Positions 25,467-34,005 of a stretch of 64,000 nt of DNA are shown piece after piece. The notes under the pieces are model-generated. The model saw nothing but the letters and a program-made list of their open reading frames with translations. It was not told where the DNA came from and ran no database searches. The stretch is from an uncultured Bacillota bacterium (GTDB lineage Bacteria; Bacillota; Clostridia; Christensenellales; UBA1242). The stretch is from the NCBI GenBank assembly GCA_946499835.1, contig CAMMTJ010000004.1, positions 15,148 to 79,147 of the forward strand. The letters are read 5' to 3'. Position 1 is the stretch's first letter; every line of letters begins with the position of its first letter. Both the position numbers and the translations under genes were made by a program.

Positions 25467-26468
25467 TCAAAAATTTTCAACAATTTTTGCAAGAAGAGCA
25501 GGATCTTCCAACAGTTTTCCAGCACCCAATATTGAAATGTTTTCGGCATCGTCTGCAATTGTGAATGGATAACGGAATTTGCGTTTCAAGAAATTGTCAA
25601 GCCCCGCGATTTGTGATACGCCACCCGCAAAAATAACTCCGCTGTTTATTATATCAGTTGATATTTCTGGTGGAAGTGATGTGATTGTCACATCGACAGC
25701 CTTGACGATCTCTTCAAAAAATGGCTCAATAACTGGCAAAATGTCGCTTGATGTGATTATGTATGATTTTGGAATTTTTGTTTCAACATCAACACCTGTC
25801 ACTTCCATATTCAATGTGTCATTGACAAACAAACTGCCCACTTCATTTTTCAAAGTTTCTGCTGATGAAAGACCAATGATTATGCCATGATTGTATGCAA
25901 TAGTGTGTGATATTGCCACATCCATAGCCCTTCCGCCAATTCCTAGTGTGCCACCTTTAAGAATTGAATTCATGTTGATGACTGCAATATCTGTGTTTGC
26001 ACCACCAATATTGACCACCATGTTTACTTTTGTTGAACTTATATTCTTCCCTGCCCCAAGACAAGTGCAAACAACTGTTGGCACAAGTGTCACTTCACGA
26101 AAACCAACATCATGGAAAAGTGAAAGATAGTTTTGTTTTTCTTCACGACTCAGTGCACAATTGACAAGAACAACGACATTGTCTTTTTTCTTTCTGTATT
26201 CAACTTTTTTGAAAAGGTATGTGAGAAGTTCGATGCAATATTCATAATTTTTTACAACACCATTGATAACTGGTGAAAAAACCTCAACACTGTCATTTGT
26301 TTTGCCCATGAGTTTTTTTGCCTCTTGGCCAAGTCCAATAACTTTGTAGCCTTGTGGTGTTGGCTCAGCAGCAACAAGCGTTGGTTCGCAAAGAGCAAGT
26401 CCGTTATCACGAATATAAATTTTCGTGTTTGCTCCGCCAATTTCTATCGCATATTTGTAATCAACCAT
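25467..26468 (-). CDS. MreB/Mbl-family actin-like protein (divergent)
   Basis: IEIGGANTKIYI, VNIGGANTDIAV and FAGGVSQIAGLDNFL are actin-fold phosphate and adenosine motifs. The ATG at 26468 is preceded by GGAGG. Confidence 0.75.
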   Translation of the reverse strand: MVDYKYAIEIGGANTKIYIRDNGLALCEPTLVAAEPTPQGYKVIGLGQEAKKLMGKTNDSVEVFSPVINGVVKNYEYCIELLTYLFKKVEYRKKKDNVVVLVNCALSREEKQNYLSLFHDVGFREVTLVPTVVCTCLGAGKNISSTKVNMVVNIGGANTDIAVINMNSILKGGTLGIGGRAMDVAISHTIAYNHGIIIGLSSAETLKNEVGSLFVNDTLNMEVTGVDVETKIPKSYIITSSDILPVIEPFFEEIVKAVDVTITSLPPEISTDIINSGVIFAGGVSQIAGLDNFLKRKFRYPFTIADDAENISILGAGKLLEDPALLAKIVENF

Positions 26469-26484
26469 TCCCAAACCTCCTCTG

Positions 26485-27855
26485 TTATAACTGAACATAC
26501 ATTGAACTTTCTCTTTCGCTTCCGTTTGCACGATAATAAACATGAATCATGTCGCCACTATCACATTGCAAAAGGAAAAAGATAAGATCATTTCTGTCAT
26601 TTATATCAACTCTCTCACTTGCATTGCCAAAATCTGCACCAGTTATCACAGTGCCCGCTGTCAAGTTTGCTATCAGTCCTGTGCCAGAGTTTGCAAGAAC
26701 AACCACCCCTTCTCCTTCAAAATCAAGAAGTGAAGATTGGCTCTCTTCAACAATCATGCCATCAATATAATAGAAACTTACTCCCATTTGTTCTTGTATA
26801 GATTTTGTCATGCTTGTCATGTTTGCATCTGCAACATTGAGCCCAAGTGTTTGATAAGATATCACTGCCGATCCGCCCTGTTCATTTTGCAAAATTATTT
26901 TGTCCAAGATTTGAGTAAGCGGATAAATTGGAACTGCAAAATTCATTTGTGCGCCGTTTGTATCCTCATAAGTTAGGCCAAGCGTGGTCAAGCCGATCAA
27001 ATATCCTTCGCTATCAAACAAACCGCCACCTGAATTGCCGTGAGTTATGTCAAGATTGATCATAATGAGATCTTCATACATATTTTCAAGCACTTCTGTT
27101 GGTTGCGTTCCCATAAATGAACCAACAGCATTTGATGCGTTTGATGTGCCTGTGATAGAACCATCACTATCAGTCCAATAATAGAAATCTTTTGTTGAAG
27201 CAGACTCTTTTGCAGATGTGTTTGAAACATAGCCCAAACTCAAAGTATTGATATATTGAAGATTGAGCGGAGTGCCAAGAGTGAACACCTCATCAAATCC
27301 AAGTTGATCTCCCTCAGCAGGATTTATTGAACGGTCTTTCATTTCAATCCATTGAAGTCCGTCAATTTGTTCATCACAAAAGAGAAGAGCCATGTCAAGT
27401 TCTTGACTAGCCCACAAAACTTCTGCCGAATAAGCAGTATAATTTCCATCATCAAGCACAATGCTGACGCTGGTGTCATAGTTTGAAAAATCTTCCTCAA
27501 CTGCAACATTGATCACATGATAATTTGTGACAAAATAACTGCCCTCGCTCACACTATACTCACCTGCTTGATAGCCTATTGATGCCACGCATACACCGCT
27601 ACCAAGAGATGATTGGGTTATTGTTTGAAATCCTGAGCGGTATGTGCTTTCAACATACACGGCAACTGTTCCGCTCTTATATAAAGTGGCAATTTCTTGC
27701 CTAGACATATTTTCTGTTATCGAGTCGGTAAGACATGATGTCTTTTTGAAAGATTTTGAATCGCCCACTGGAAAAAAGAATGTGCAAAGTAGTGACAAAC
27801 CAAGCACAAGAACAAGTGCAACAACCACTGAAACATATCCTTTTTTCATAGACAC
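26485..27855 (-). CDS. Membrane-anchored S1C (HtrA-like) serine protease with PDZ-like C-terminus
   Basis: N-terminal TM. Triad context TNYHVIN / LDMALLF / HGNSGGGLFDSEGYLIGL. Confidence 0.8.
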   Translation of the reverse strand: MSMKKGYVSVVVALVLVLGLSLLCTFFFPVGDSKSFKKTSCLTDSITENMSRQEIATLYKSGTVAVYVESTYRSGFQTITQSSLGSGVCVASIGYQAGEYSVSEGSYFVTNYHVINVAVEEDFSNYDTSVSIVLDDGNYTAYSAEVLWASQELDMALLFCDEQIDGLQWIEMKDRSINPAEGDQLGFDEVFTLGTPLNLQYINTLSLGYVSNTSAKESASTKDFYYWTDSDGSITGTSNASNAVGSFMGTQPTEVLENMYEDLIMINLDITHGNSGGGLFDSEGYLIGLTTLGLTYEDTNGAQMNFAVPIYPLTQILDKIILQNEQGGSAVISYQTLGLNVADANMTSMTKSIQEQMGVSFYYIDGMIVEESQSSLLDFEGEGVVVLANSGTGLIANLTAGTVITGADFGNASERVDINDRNDLIFFLLQCDSGDMIHVYYRANGSERESSMYVQL

Positions 27856-27859
27856 CTTC

Positions 27860-29356
27860 TTAAATTATTTGCAAACTTTTCTTAAACACTTTCTTATAGT
27901 CAGGTGCAATTTTCATGCCTTCCATAATCTCAAATGTTGCATCACCTTCCACAACAGTTTTCATGATTATAGAATCTCCAAGAATGTCACAAACAACATC
28001 TGAAATAACATTTTTCTTTGATGCGTTAAGTGCACTGGCAAGTTTGACAATCACGCCAAGTTTTCTCACAGCGTCAAGGTCTTCATCAGTCAAAATATCT
28101 TTGTATTTCACCCATTCGCCAAGGGAGAAATTGTCAAGATTTTGACAAACACAGGTGAATGCTGCAATAAGCAGTTCTCTGTGTGTTACGCCAGTCAATC
28201 CTGAATACAAAATAGTGTCAAAACCATATTTTGAATTGTTTGTGTAATTTATTTTTACCCCACTATCGTATAAATATGAGGCAATTCTAAGTGGTTTTAC
28301 GTAATATCTTGGCAATTTATGCATAACTTTGAGTTGTTTGAAAAGGATAACTGCCATAGAGAACACATGAGGGTTGATTGAATATTCATCTTTGAAAAAT
28401 TCGTAATAATTATCGATTGAATTTGCAAGCAAATCATTGAATTTTTCTTGTGCAGGAAGTGAAACATTTGTGTGAACAATTCCTTCACGAAGAGATGCTG
28501 ATGAGATTGTGATTTCTTTTGCATCAGTTGCATCTGCAAATGCTTTGATGATTGCACTTCCGCTCATAAGAGAAATTGCATCCATATCATCAATGCCTTT
28601 GATTTTTGACACTTTGGCAGTGTCAATACCCTTGATAAAGTCACATGTTTTGTCAATAAGTTCTCTTGACATTTGATAATTGTTGTCAATGTCAAGTGGA
28701 TATCTTGCAACCTTTCTTGCAATTCTGCCAAAAGCAACAAATGCAGGCCCATTTCCAACAAAAAGGCTTTCGCTTTCAAGTTCGCCCAAAATATCCATAT
28801 TTTTAAGGCTGTCAGAAACCAATTTCACCATTTGGTCAAAAGTTCTTTGTTTGCCGTCTTTGTCATAAGCCAAATTGATATGACCATAGTCAACCGTTGC
28901 ACTAGACAAAATTGTGCGTCTGTTGTATTTTATAAAATTTGTTTTGAATGCGTTGATATTGATCAGATAACCTTTTGAATTGTCAATAGAATTGACTGTC
29001 GCATGATAGTTATATTTGATTGTGTCATCGTTTTGAATGATTGTGAAACTTATGCCTGTGTTGTTGTAAATCTCATCAATAAATCCACGATAATTTCTTG
29101 CCAGTTGCAAAAAACTTGAAGCGACAGCAATAATCTGTTTTGCTTTGTAAGTTTCAATCATTTTTCTGTAAATTTTGAGCACTTCAAGCATTTCATTTTT
29201 TGTTTTTGGGCGAAGAAGTTCTTCCCCCATAATCTCTTCTGCAAGTTTGAAAGGTTGAGACTTTTCCTCGATAATTTTGAATCTGCCTGAACTTGTTTTA
29301 TAAATTGATAGTTTAAGTGCTGACTCGTTTAATTCAATAACTGCTAAATTTTCCAC
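27860..29356 (-). CDS. Ppx/GppA-family-like protein with degenerate catalytic motifs
   Basis: Overall Ppx/GppA plus HD-like C-terminal layout. However the phosphate loops read ELNESA and NINAFK instead of DxGSNS / DIGGGS, and the HD position reads LYDSG. Confidence 0.65.
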   Translation of the reverse strand: MENLAVIELNESALKLSIYKTSSGRFKIIEEKSQPFKLAEEIMGEELLRPKTKNEMLEVLKIYRKMIETYKAKQIIAVASSFLQLARNYRGFIDEIYNNTGISFTIIQNDDTIKYNYHATVNSIDNSKGYLININAFKTNFIKYNRRTILSSATVDYGHINLAYDKDGKQRTFDQMVKLVSDSLKNMDILGELESESLFVGNGPAFVAFGRIARKVARYPLDIDNNYQMSRELIDKTCDFIKGIDTAKVSKIKGIDDMDAISLMSGSAIIKAFADATDAKEITISSASLREGIVHTNVSLPAQEKFNDLLANSIDNYYEFFKDEYSINPHVFSMAVILFKQLKVMHKLPRYYVKPLRIASYLYDSGVKINYTNNSKYGFDTILYSGLTGVTHRELLIAAFTCVCQNLDNFSLGEWVKYKDILTDEDLDAVRKLGVIVKLASALNASKKNVISDVVCDILGDSIIMKTVVEGDATFEIMEGMKIAPDYKKVFKKSLQII

Positions 29357-29376
29357 TTTTCCCTCACTAATATAGT

Positions 29377-29544
29377 TTAATTTATTTTAATTGCGTTCAC
29401 AGGGCAACTTGCTTGGCAAGCACCACATTTAATGCATTTTTTTGGATCAATCACTGCATAACCCTCTTTTGAAAAGGAGATTGCTTCCACTGGACAAATG
29501 GCAACGCAAGTGCCACAACCAATACATTTATTCTTGTCAACCAT
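29377..29544 (-). CDS. 2x[4Fe-4S] ferredoxin (55 aa)
   Basis: CIGCGTCVAICP and CIKCGACQASCP. The ATG at 29544 is preceded by GGAGGAG. Confidence 0.85.
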   Translation of the reverse strand: MVDKNKCIGCGTCVAICPVEAISFSKEGYAVIDPKKCIKCGACQASCPVNAIKIN

Positions 29545-29634
29545 AGACTCCTCCATTTGAGGATATTTTAGCATAACTTAACAATAAAGTCCACTATATT
29601 TTGAAAGAAATAGCGGAAAAATTTTGAATAATTT

Positions 29635-29997
29635 TTATTTTTTGACCGCTTTGTAAAATTCAAAAATCGACAAAATACACAAAAACACTCCAAAACCAAT
29701 TCTAAGCACATTTGAGGGCAAAAATCCAGCCAAAAGTGCCCCTCCTGCTGAGAAAACAACACCTGGCAAAATTATGTAAAAAATGTTTTTCATGCAAAGA
29801 TATCCGTTCTTGTGATGGATGATCAAACTGATGAGTGCCATAACCAAAAAACTTATCAAATTTATGCCTTGACAGAGTTTTTGCTCATATCCCAAAAAGA
29901 TGGTCAAAAGAGGTATGAGAAGAGTGCCTCCGCCCATACCAAGCCCACTAAAAACACCGGCAATTACACCAAACAAAATATTCAAAAAAATGATCAT
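29635..29997 (-). CDS. TSUP (TauE/SafE) family transporter, C-terminal half-size subunit
   Basis: A 4-TM protein with GMGGGTLLIPLL. Overlaps the upstream half gene by 4 nt. Confidence 0.75.
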   Translation of the reverse strand: MIIFLNILFGVIAGVFSGLGMGGGTLLIPLLTIFLGYEQKLCQGINLISFLVMALISLIIHHKNGYLCMKNIFYIILPGVVFSAGGALLAGFLPSNVLRIGFGVFLCILSIFEFYKAVKK

Positions 29998-30401
29998 AAT
30001 ATCAGTTTAATTCCCCCTACAAACATGATGAGTGCAAATATGATTTTTATTGCTTTTGGAGGCAAAAATTTGAGAGCGTAAGAACCCAAAATTCCTCCCA
30101 GCACCACGCCAAGTCCAACTGTCAAAAGTGGGAGAGACTCGATCACTCCATTTATCACATAAATAAAAGCACTTATCAGACTGAGCGGAAAAATGACGGC
30201 AATGGCAGTAGCGTGAGAATGTTTGCTGTCAAGACCAAGCACTTTTTCAAGTATAGGCACACAAACCATGCCACCCCCACCTCCAAAAAATCCGTTCAAA
30301 AATCCTATGACAGCACCAGACAAAACAAGCAGGAGTTTGTGCACTTTTTCCCCTTTATTTTCATCCCTTTGCTTTGCCTCTTGAATTTTTTTCTTTTTCA
30401 T
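29994..30401 (-). CDS. TSUP (TauE/SafE) family transporter, N-terminal half-size subunit
   Basis: A 4-TM protein with GGGGGMVCVPIL. Confidence 0.75.
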   Translation of the reverse strand: MKKKKIQEAKQRDENKGEKVHKLLLVLSGAVIGFLNGFFGGGGGMVCVPILEKVLGLDSKHSHATAIAVIFPLSLISAFIYVINGVIESLPLLTVGLGVVLGGILGSYALKFLPPKAIKIIFALIMFVGGIKLIL

Positions 30402-30433
30402 GCTAATATTATGAATAAAATTGTTAAAAATAT

Positions 30434-30462
30434 TTGATTATTGGCAAGAAATATTATATACT
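30434..30462 (+). promoter_or_regulatory. Putative promoter TTGATT-17-TATACT of the 1115-aa gene
   Basis: ttgatt at 30434..30439, 17-nt spacer, tatact at 30457..30462. Confidence 0.4.
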
Positions 30463-30494
30463 AATCTGGTATATAAAACATTAAAAGGTGGACT

Positions 30495-33400
30495 ATGCGA
30501 AATTCAACAAAACACAGAAAAAAAATAGCATTTGGACTGGCTCTCTTGTCGCCTTTGGCAGTGCTGGGCGGACTTGGACTGGCACAAAGTGGTCAAGTTT
30601 TGGCAGATTCAAGTTACTACGTTGATTATAGAGAAACAGTTGAGGTTACAAATGGTTCTTTCACACAAGGGGCAAACCCTTATGCGAGCGGAAACCTCAC
30701 TGGCTGGACATTAACAAACACAGAAAGCAAAGCCACAGGGATGATTATCGATGTAGGCCAAACTTTTTCACAATATCAACAAAACACATATATGCTTGAT
30801 GAAAACCCAGGCAGAGCAGGTTCTGACAATAAGATTTTGATGATCAACTCAAAAGATGAAAATGATGATGAGGGAGGCTATACTCACAAAGGTTACACAT
30901 CATCCACCATCACCCTTTCAGCCAATTCTTATTACAGATTTTCTATTGATGCAAAAACTTCCCTCAATGGATCTCCTGCTGAGGCAACGCACGGATCAAT
31001 TTATATCAGTGGACTGACAGATGAAGACGGCAATGAAGTTTCTTGTGCACGAGAAAACTTTGAAAACACCACTTGGCAAACTTATTACTTCTATCTTGTG
31101 ACTGGTGACGAAGAGCAAGAGATCACCATTGATCTCTATCTGGGCTCAAAGACCGCTTCTACTGACGGTGGAGTTGTATTCTTTGACGATGTGATTTTGG
31201 AACAATATTCTCAAAACACATTCTATCGCGTTATGGGTTACACACAAAGCAGCACAACAGCAAATGAAAACACTGTTTATCTGCTTGACGAACTTCAATC
31301 AGCCTCTGCTCAAATTGATATGAGTGGCTATAACTTCGATTTTGAAAATGAAATCACAGATGACAACTATTCAACTCTTGGCGATGAATGGGAAGCACTC
31401 ACCACTGGAACAAATGCTCAATATGGAAACGCATTTATCCTTCCAGTATCAAGATACACCCAAGCATCTCAATTCCGTGATTTGACTGGTGAAAACTATG
31501 CCTTTGCTGGAAACACACTCTCATACAACACCGAAACAGGCACAGAAAACACCCAAGCACTTGTTCTTTATTCAGACACCAACAGAACAACAGTTTATGG
31601 CGTTGAGTCAAATGATATTGAAATCAAAGCACATGGACTTTACAGATTTTCTGTTTATGTGAAAGTGTCAGATATGACAACTGGAAGTTTCTATATCACA
31701 GTAAAAGAAAATGACACGATTTATGAGACATATTCATTTGATGAAGATTTCCTTGCGACATCATCTGCAACAAGCGAGGCAATCTCATCCACAACTGGAA
31801 CAGCATTCAACAACAACTATCAACGCATTGACTTCTATGTCAAAGGACATCAGTTTTATGACTCATCAGTCAACTTGCAATTCTGGCTTGGAAATGATGA
31901 AACACCTGCAACTGGCTGTGTTTTCATAGACGATATCACTCTTTCATATGTTGATTATGAAGAATTTAGTGCAGGAACAAACAAACTTGAACTCAACTCA
32001 TTTACAGGTTCGCCAACCTTCACAAACGCATTTTTCAATCAAACAGAAAATGAGGACAATTCCCTCACCTACCCACTCAAAGCAAGTGGCTGGACGCTTG
32101 AACAAAATGACAACGCTCACATAAGCCAAGAGGCAGGTGTGGTTTACCTTTACAACAAAGAAACATACAACAATATGTATTCTGATTATGCATGGCACGG
32201 AATCTACCCAGGCTCACCTGACAAAATTGATGCTCCAAACAATGTATATATGTTCTATAACCAAAATTCAACATATCAAAACTTGACATCATCATCTTAC
32301 ACTTTGGAAGCAAACAAATATTATAGACTTACTTTTGACTATTTCACATCAAGTCAGTCAGCAGTTGATGCAAGTTTGACTGTTGAGGTCGTTGATGAAA
32401 ACAATATCACCCTATTCAAACAAAGCGGATTTTCAAGTGAAAACGCATGGGGTAAGGCAGATATCTATTTCCACACAGCAGAGCAATCTTCAAACAACAT
32501 TCAAGTGAGAGTTCATTTTGGTGAAAATGAAGATGGAAAGATGATGCAAGGTATTGCTTATCTTGACAACTTTGAAGTGATTTCTGACATCAGTGAAGAA
32601 ACATTTGATAGTGCAAATTGCAAAGTTGATTTGACTGACTATCTCCTCAATCTTGACCCAACAGATTCAATTGGTGCAGATATCTCAAACTCAACAGCAT
32701 ACACATTCTCTGTTGACGAAAGTGTTGGAAGTGCTTCAAACAGCCAAGGCGGAATCGTTCGCGGACAAGACAATGCCTACACTGCTGATTATGGCATCGA
32801 AGTTGAAGATTCAAATATTTTGGTTCTGTCAAACTTTGCACAAGCACAGTCAACCATCGCTTCAAATTACACTTTCAACTTGACATCAGGCTCTTACTAT
32901 AAACTGACATTTGATTTGCGAACAATCTTCCCTAACGGAACTGATGCCAAAGACTTCACAACAGATGATCACGAATGTTCTTTTGGCGTGTCAGTTGGTT
33001 TAAGCAACTTTGACCTTATTGGAAAACTCTTCTCAGAAGAAGAATTTACAACTTATACAATTTATTTCTACGCATCAGCAGACGCAACACCAACATTGCA
33101 ACTTCAACTCCTCTCTGATTGCGACAACACTGCTGGTTCTGCATTCTTCACACACATCTCATTCACCTCTTCAACTGAGGAAGAATACAACTCAGCAAGC
33201 ACATCATCAGATTATGAAAAAACAATTTTCACAGCATCTCAAACAGAGACTGATGACTCAACTGATGATGGCACAACCGATGACACAACTGATGAAAATC
33301 CAGACAACTCTGCTTGGCTTCTCATTCCTTCAATTATATTTGGCGTAGCAATCATCTTTGCAGTGCTTGCATTCGCTCTTAGAAAAATCAACATCAAGAA

Positions 33401-33842
33401 AGTTGAAAAGATAAGAGAAGAGACATACGATCGAAAGGTAAGCCTCAACTATGACCTCATCTTGAAAGAAGCGCAAAGAAGACGCGATGAAGAAGTCAAA
33501 ATGCTCAAAGCCACAGTTGCTGGACTTGAAAAACAAAAACAAGAACTTGAAACTTCTCACAAAGAAGAAATCAAAGAAGCAAGGCTAAATAGCAAAGGCA
33601 AGATTACCAAAGAGACAGAAAGAGCCTTCAAAACTTACACCTCTTCAATGAACAGGATTCAACAAAAAATTGAAATCTTGCAAGAACAAATCACCTCTGC
33701 TCTCAAACCTGAACATCTTCTTGATATTGAAAGAAAAGTTACAATGGAAGAAGAAAAACGTTTGAAAAATGAACGCAAACAAGTTTCAATAAATGAAAAA
33801 GATAAAAAGAATCTGCCCAAAGAGGATAAGAAGAAAAAATAA
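30495..33842 (+). CDS. Type-I membrane surface protein: signal peptide, four CBM-like beta-sandwich modules, Thr/Asp linker, TM, ~190-aa cytoplasmic coiled-coil tail
   Basis: Signal peptide ..GLAQSGQVLA/DSS. Modules end in VVFFDDVILEQY, CVFIDDITLSYV, IAYLDNFEVISD and SAFFTHISFTSS. TM AWLLIPSIIFGVAIIFAVLAFAL, then a Lys/Glu-rich heptad-like tail. No LPXTG. Confidence 0.85.
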   Translation: MRNSTKHRKKIAFGLALLSPLAVLGGLGLAQSGQVLADSSYYVDYRETVEVTNGSFTQGANPYASGNLTGWTLTNTESKATGMIIDVGQTFSQYQQNTYMLDENPGRAGSDNKILMINSKDENDDEGGYTHKGYTSSTITLSANSYYRFSIDAKTSLNGSPAEATHGSIYISGLTDEDGNEVSCARENFENTTWQTYYFYLVTGDEEQEITIDLYLGSKTASTDGGVVFFDDVILEQYSQNTFYRVMGYTQSSTTANENTVYLLDELQSASAQIDMSGYNFDFENEITDDNYSTLGDEWEALTTGTNAQYGNAFILPVSRYTQASQFRDLTGENYAFAGNTLSYNTETGTENTQALVLYSDTNRTTVYGVESNDIEIKAHGLYRFSVYVKVSDMTTGSFYITVKENDTIYETYSFDEDFLATSSATSEAISSTTGTAFNNNYQRIDFYVKGHQFYDSSVNLQFWLGNDETPATGCVFIDDITLSYVDYEEFSAGTNKLELNSFTGSPTFTNAFFNQTENEDNSLTYPLKASGWTLEQNDNAHISQEAGVVYLYNKETYNNMYSDYAWHGIYPGSPDKIDAPNNVYMFYNQNSTYQNLTSSSYTLEANKYYRLTFDYFTSSQSAVDASLTVEVVDENNITLFKQSGFSSENAWGKADIYFHTAEQSSNNIQVRVHFGENEDGKMMQGIAYLDNFEVISDISEETFDSANCKVDLTDYLLNLDPTDSIGADISNSTAYTFSVDESVGSASNSQGGIVRGQDNAYTADYGIEVEDSNILVLSNFAQAQSTIASNYTFNLTSGSYYKLTFDLRTIFPNGTDAKDFTTDDHECSFGVSVGLSNFDLIGKLFSEEEFTTYTIYFYASADATPTLQLQLLSDCDNTAGSAFFTHISFTSSTEEEYNSASTSSDYEKTIFTASQTETDDSTDDGTTDDTTDENPDNSAWLLIPSIIFGVAIIFAVLAFALRKINIKKVEKIREETYDRKVSLNYDLILKEAQRRRDEEVKMLKATVAGLEKQKQELETSHKEEIKEARLNSKGKITKETERAFKTYTSSMNRIQQKIEILQEQITSALKPEHLLDIERKVTMEEEKRLKNERKQVSINEKDKKNLPKEDKKKK

Positions 33843-33846
33843 AAAA

Positions 33847-33873
33847 GTGCAACACTAGGGTTGCACTTTTTTT
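33847..33873 (+). terminator. Terminator of the 1115-aa gene
   Basis: gtgcaac-actagg-gttgcac followed by ttttttt. Confidence 0.8.
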
Positions 33874-33975
33874 GTTGCTCAATAAAAACTTATTTTTAGC
33901 ATTCCAATTTGTGAATAAATTCGCTTGGTGATAAAAAATCTTCTATGTCAAATGCCTTTTCAACTTTTATTCCAA

Positions 33976-34002
33976 CAAAAAAACAGCCTAAGATAAGGCT
34001 GT
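33976..34002 (-). terminator. Terminator of the acidic zinc-ribbon gene
   Basis: Reverse strand: acagcct-tatctt-aggctgt followed by tttttttt. Confidence 0.7.
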
Positions 34003-34005
34003 TAT

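Noticed and set aside
25222-25470. 82-aa minus-strand ORF in the mreB-like/minD spacer
   Set aside because: It overlaps the minD start and is made of the hairpin/T-run sequences of the spacer. It has no SD.
29568-29762. 64-aa ORF between the TSUP half gene and the ferredoxin
   Set aside because: It is out of frame and overlaps the 3' end of the TSUP gene. It has no SD, and its translation has no features.
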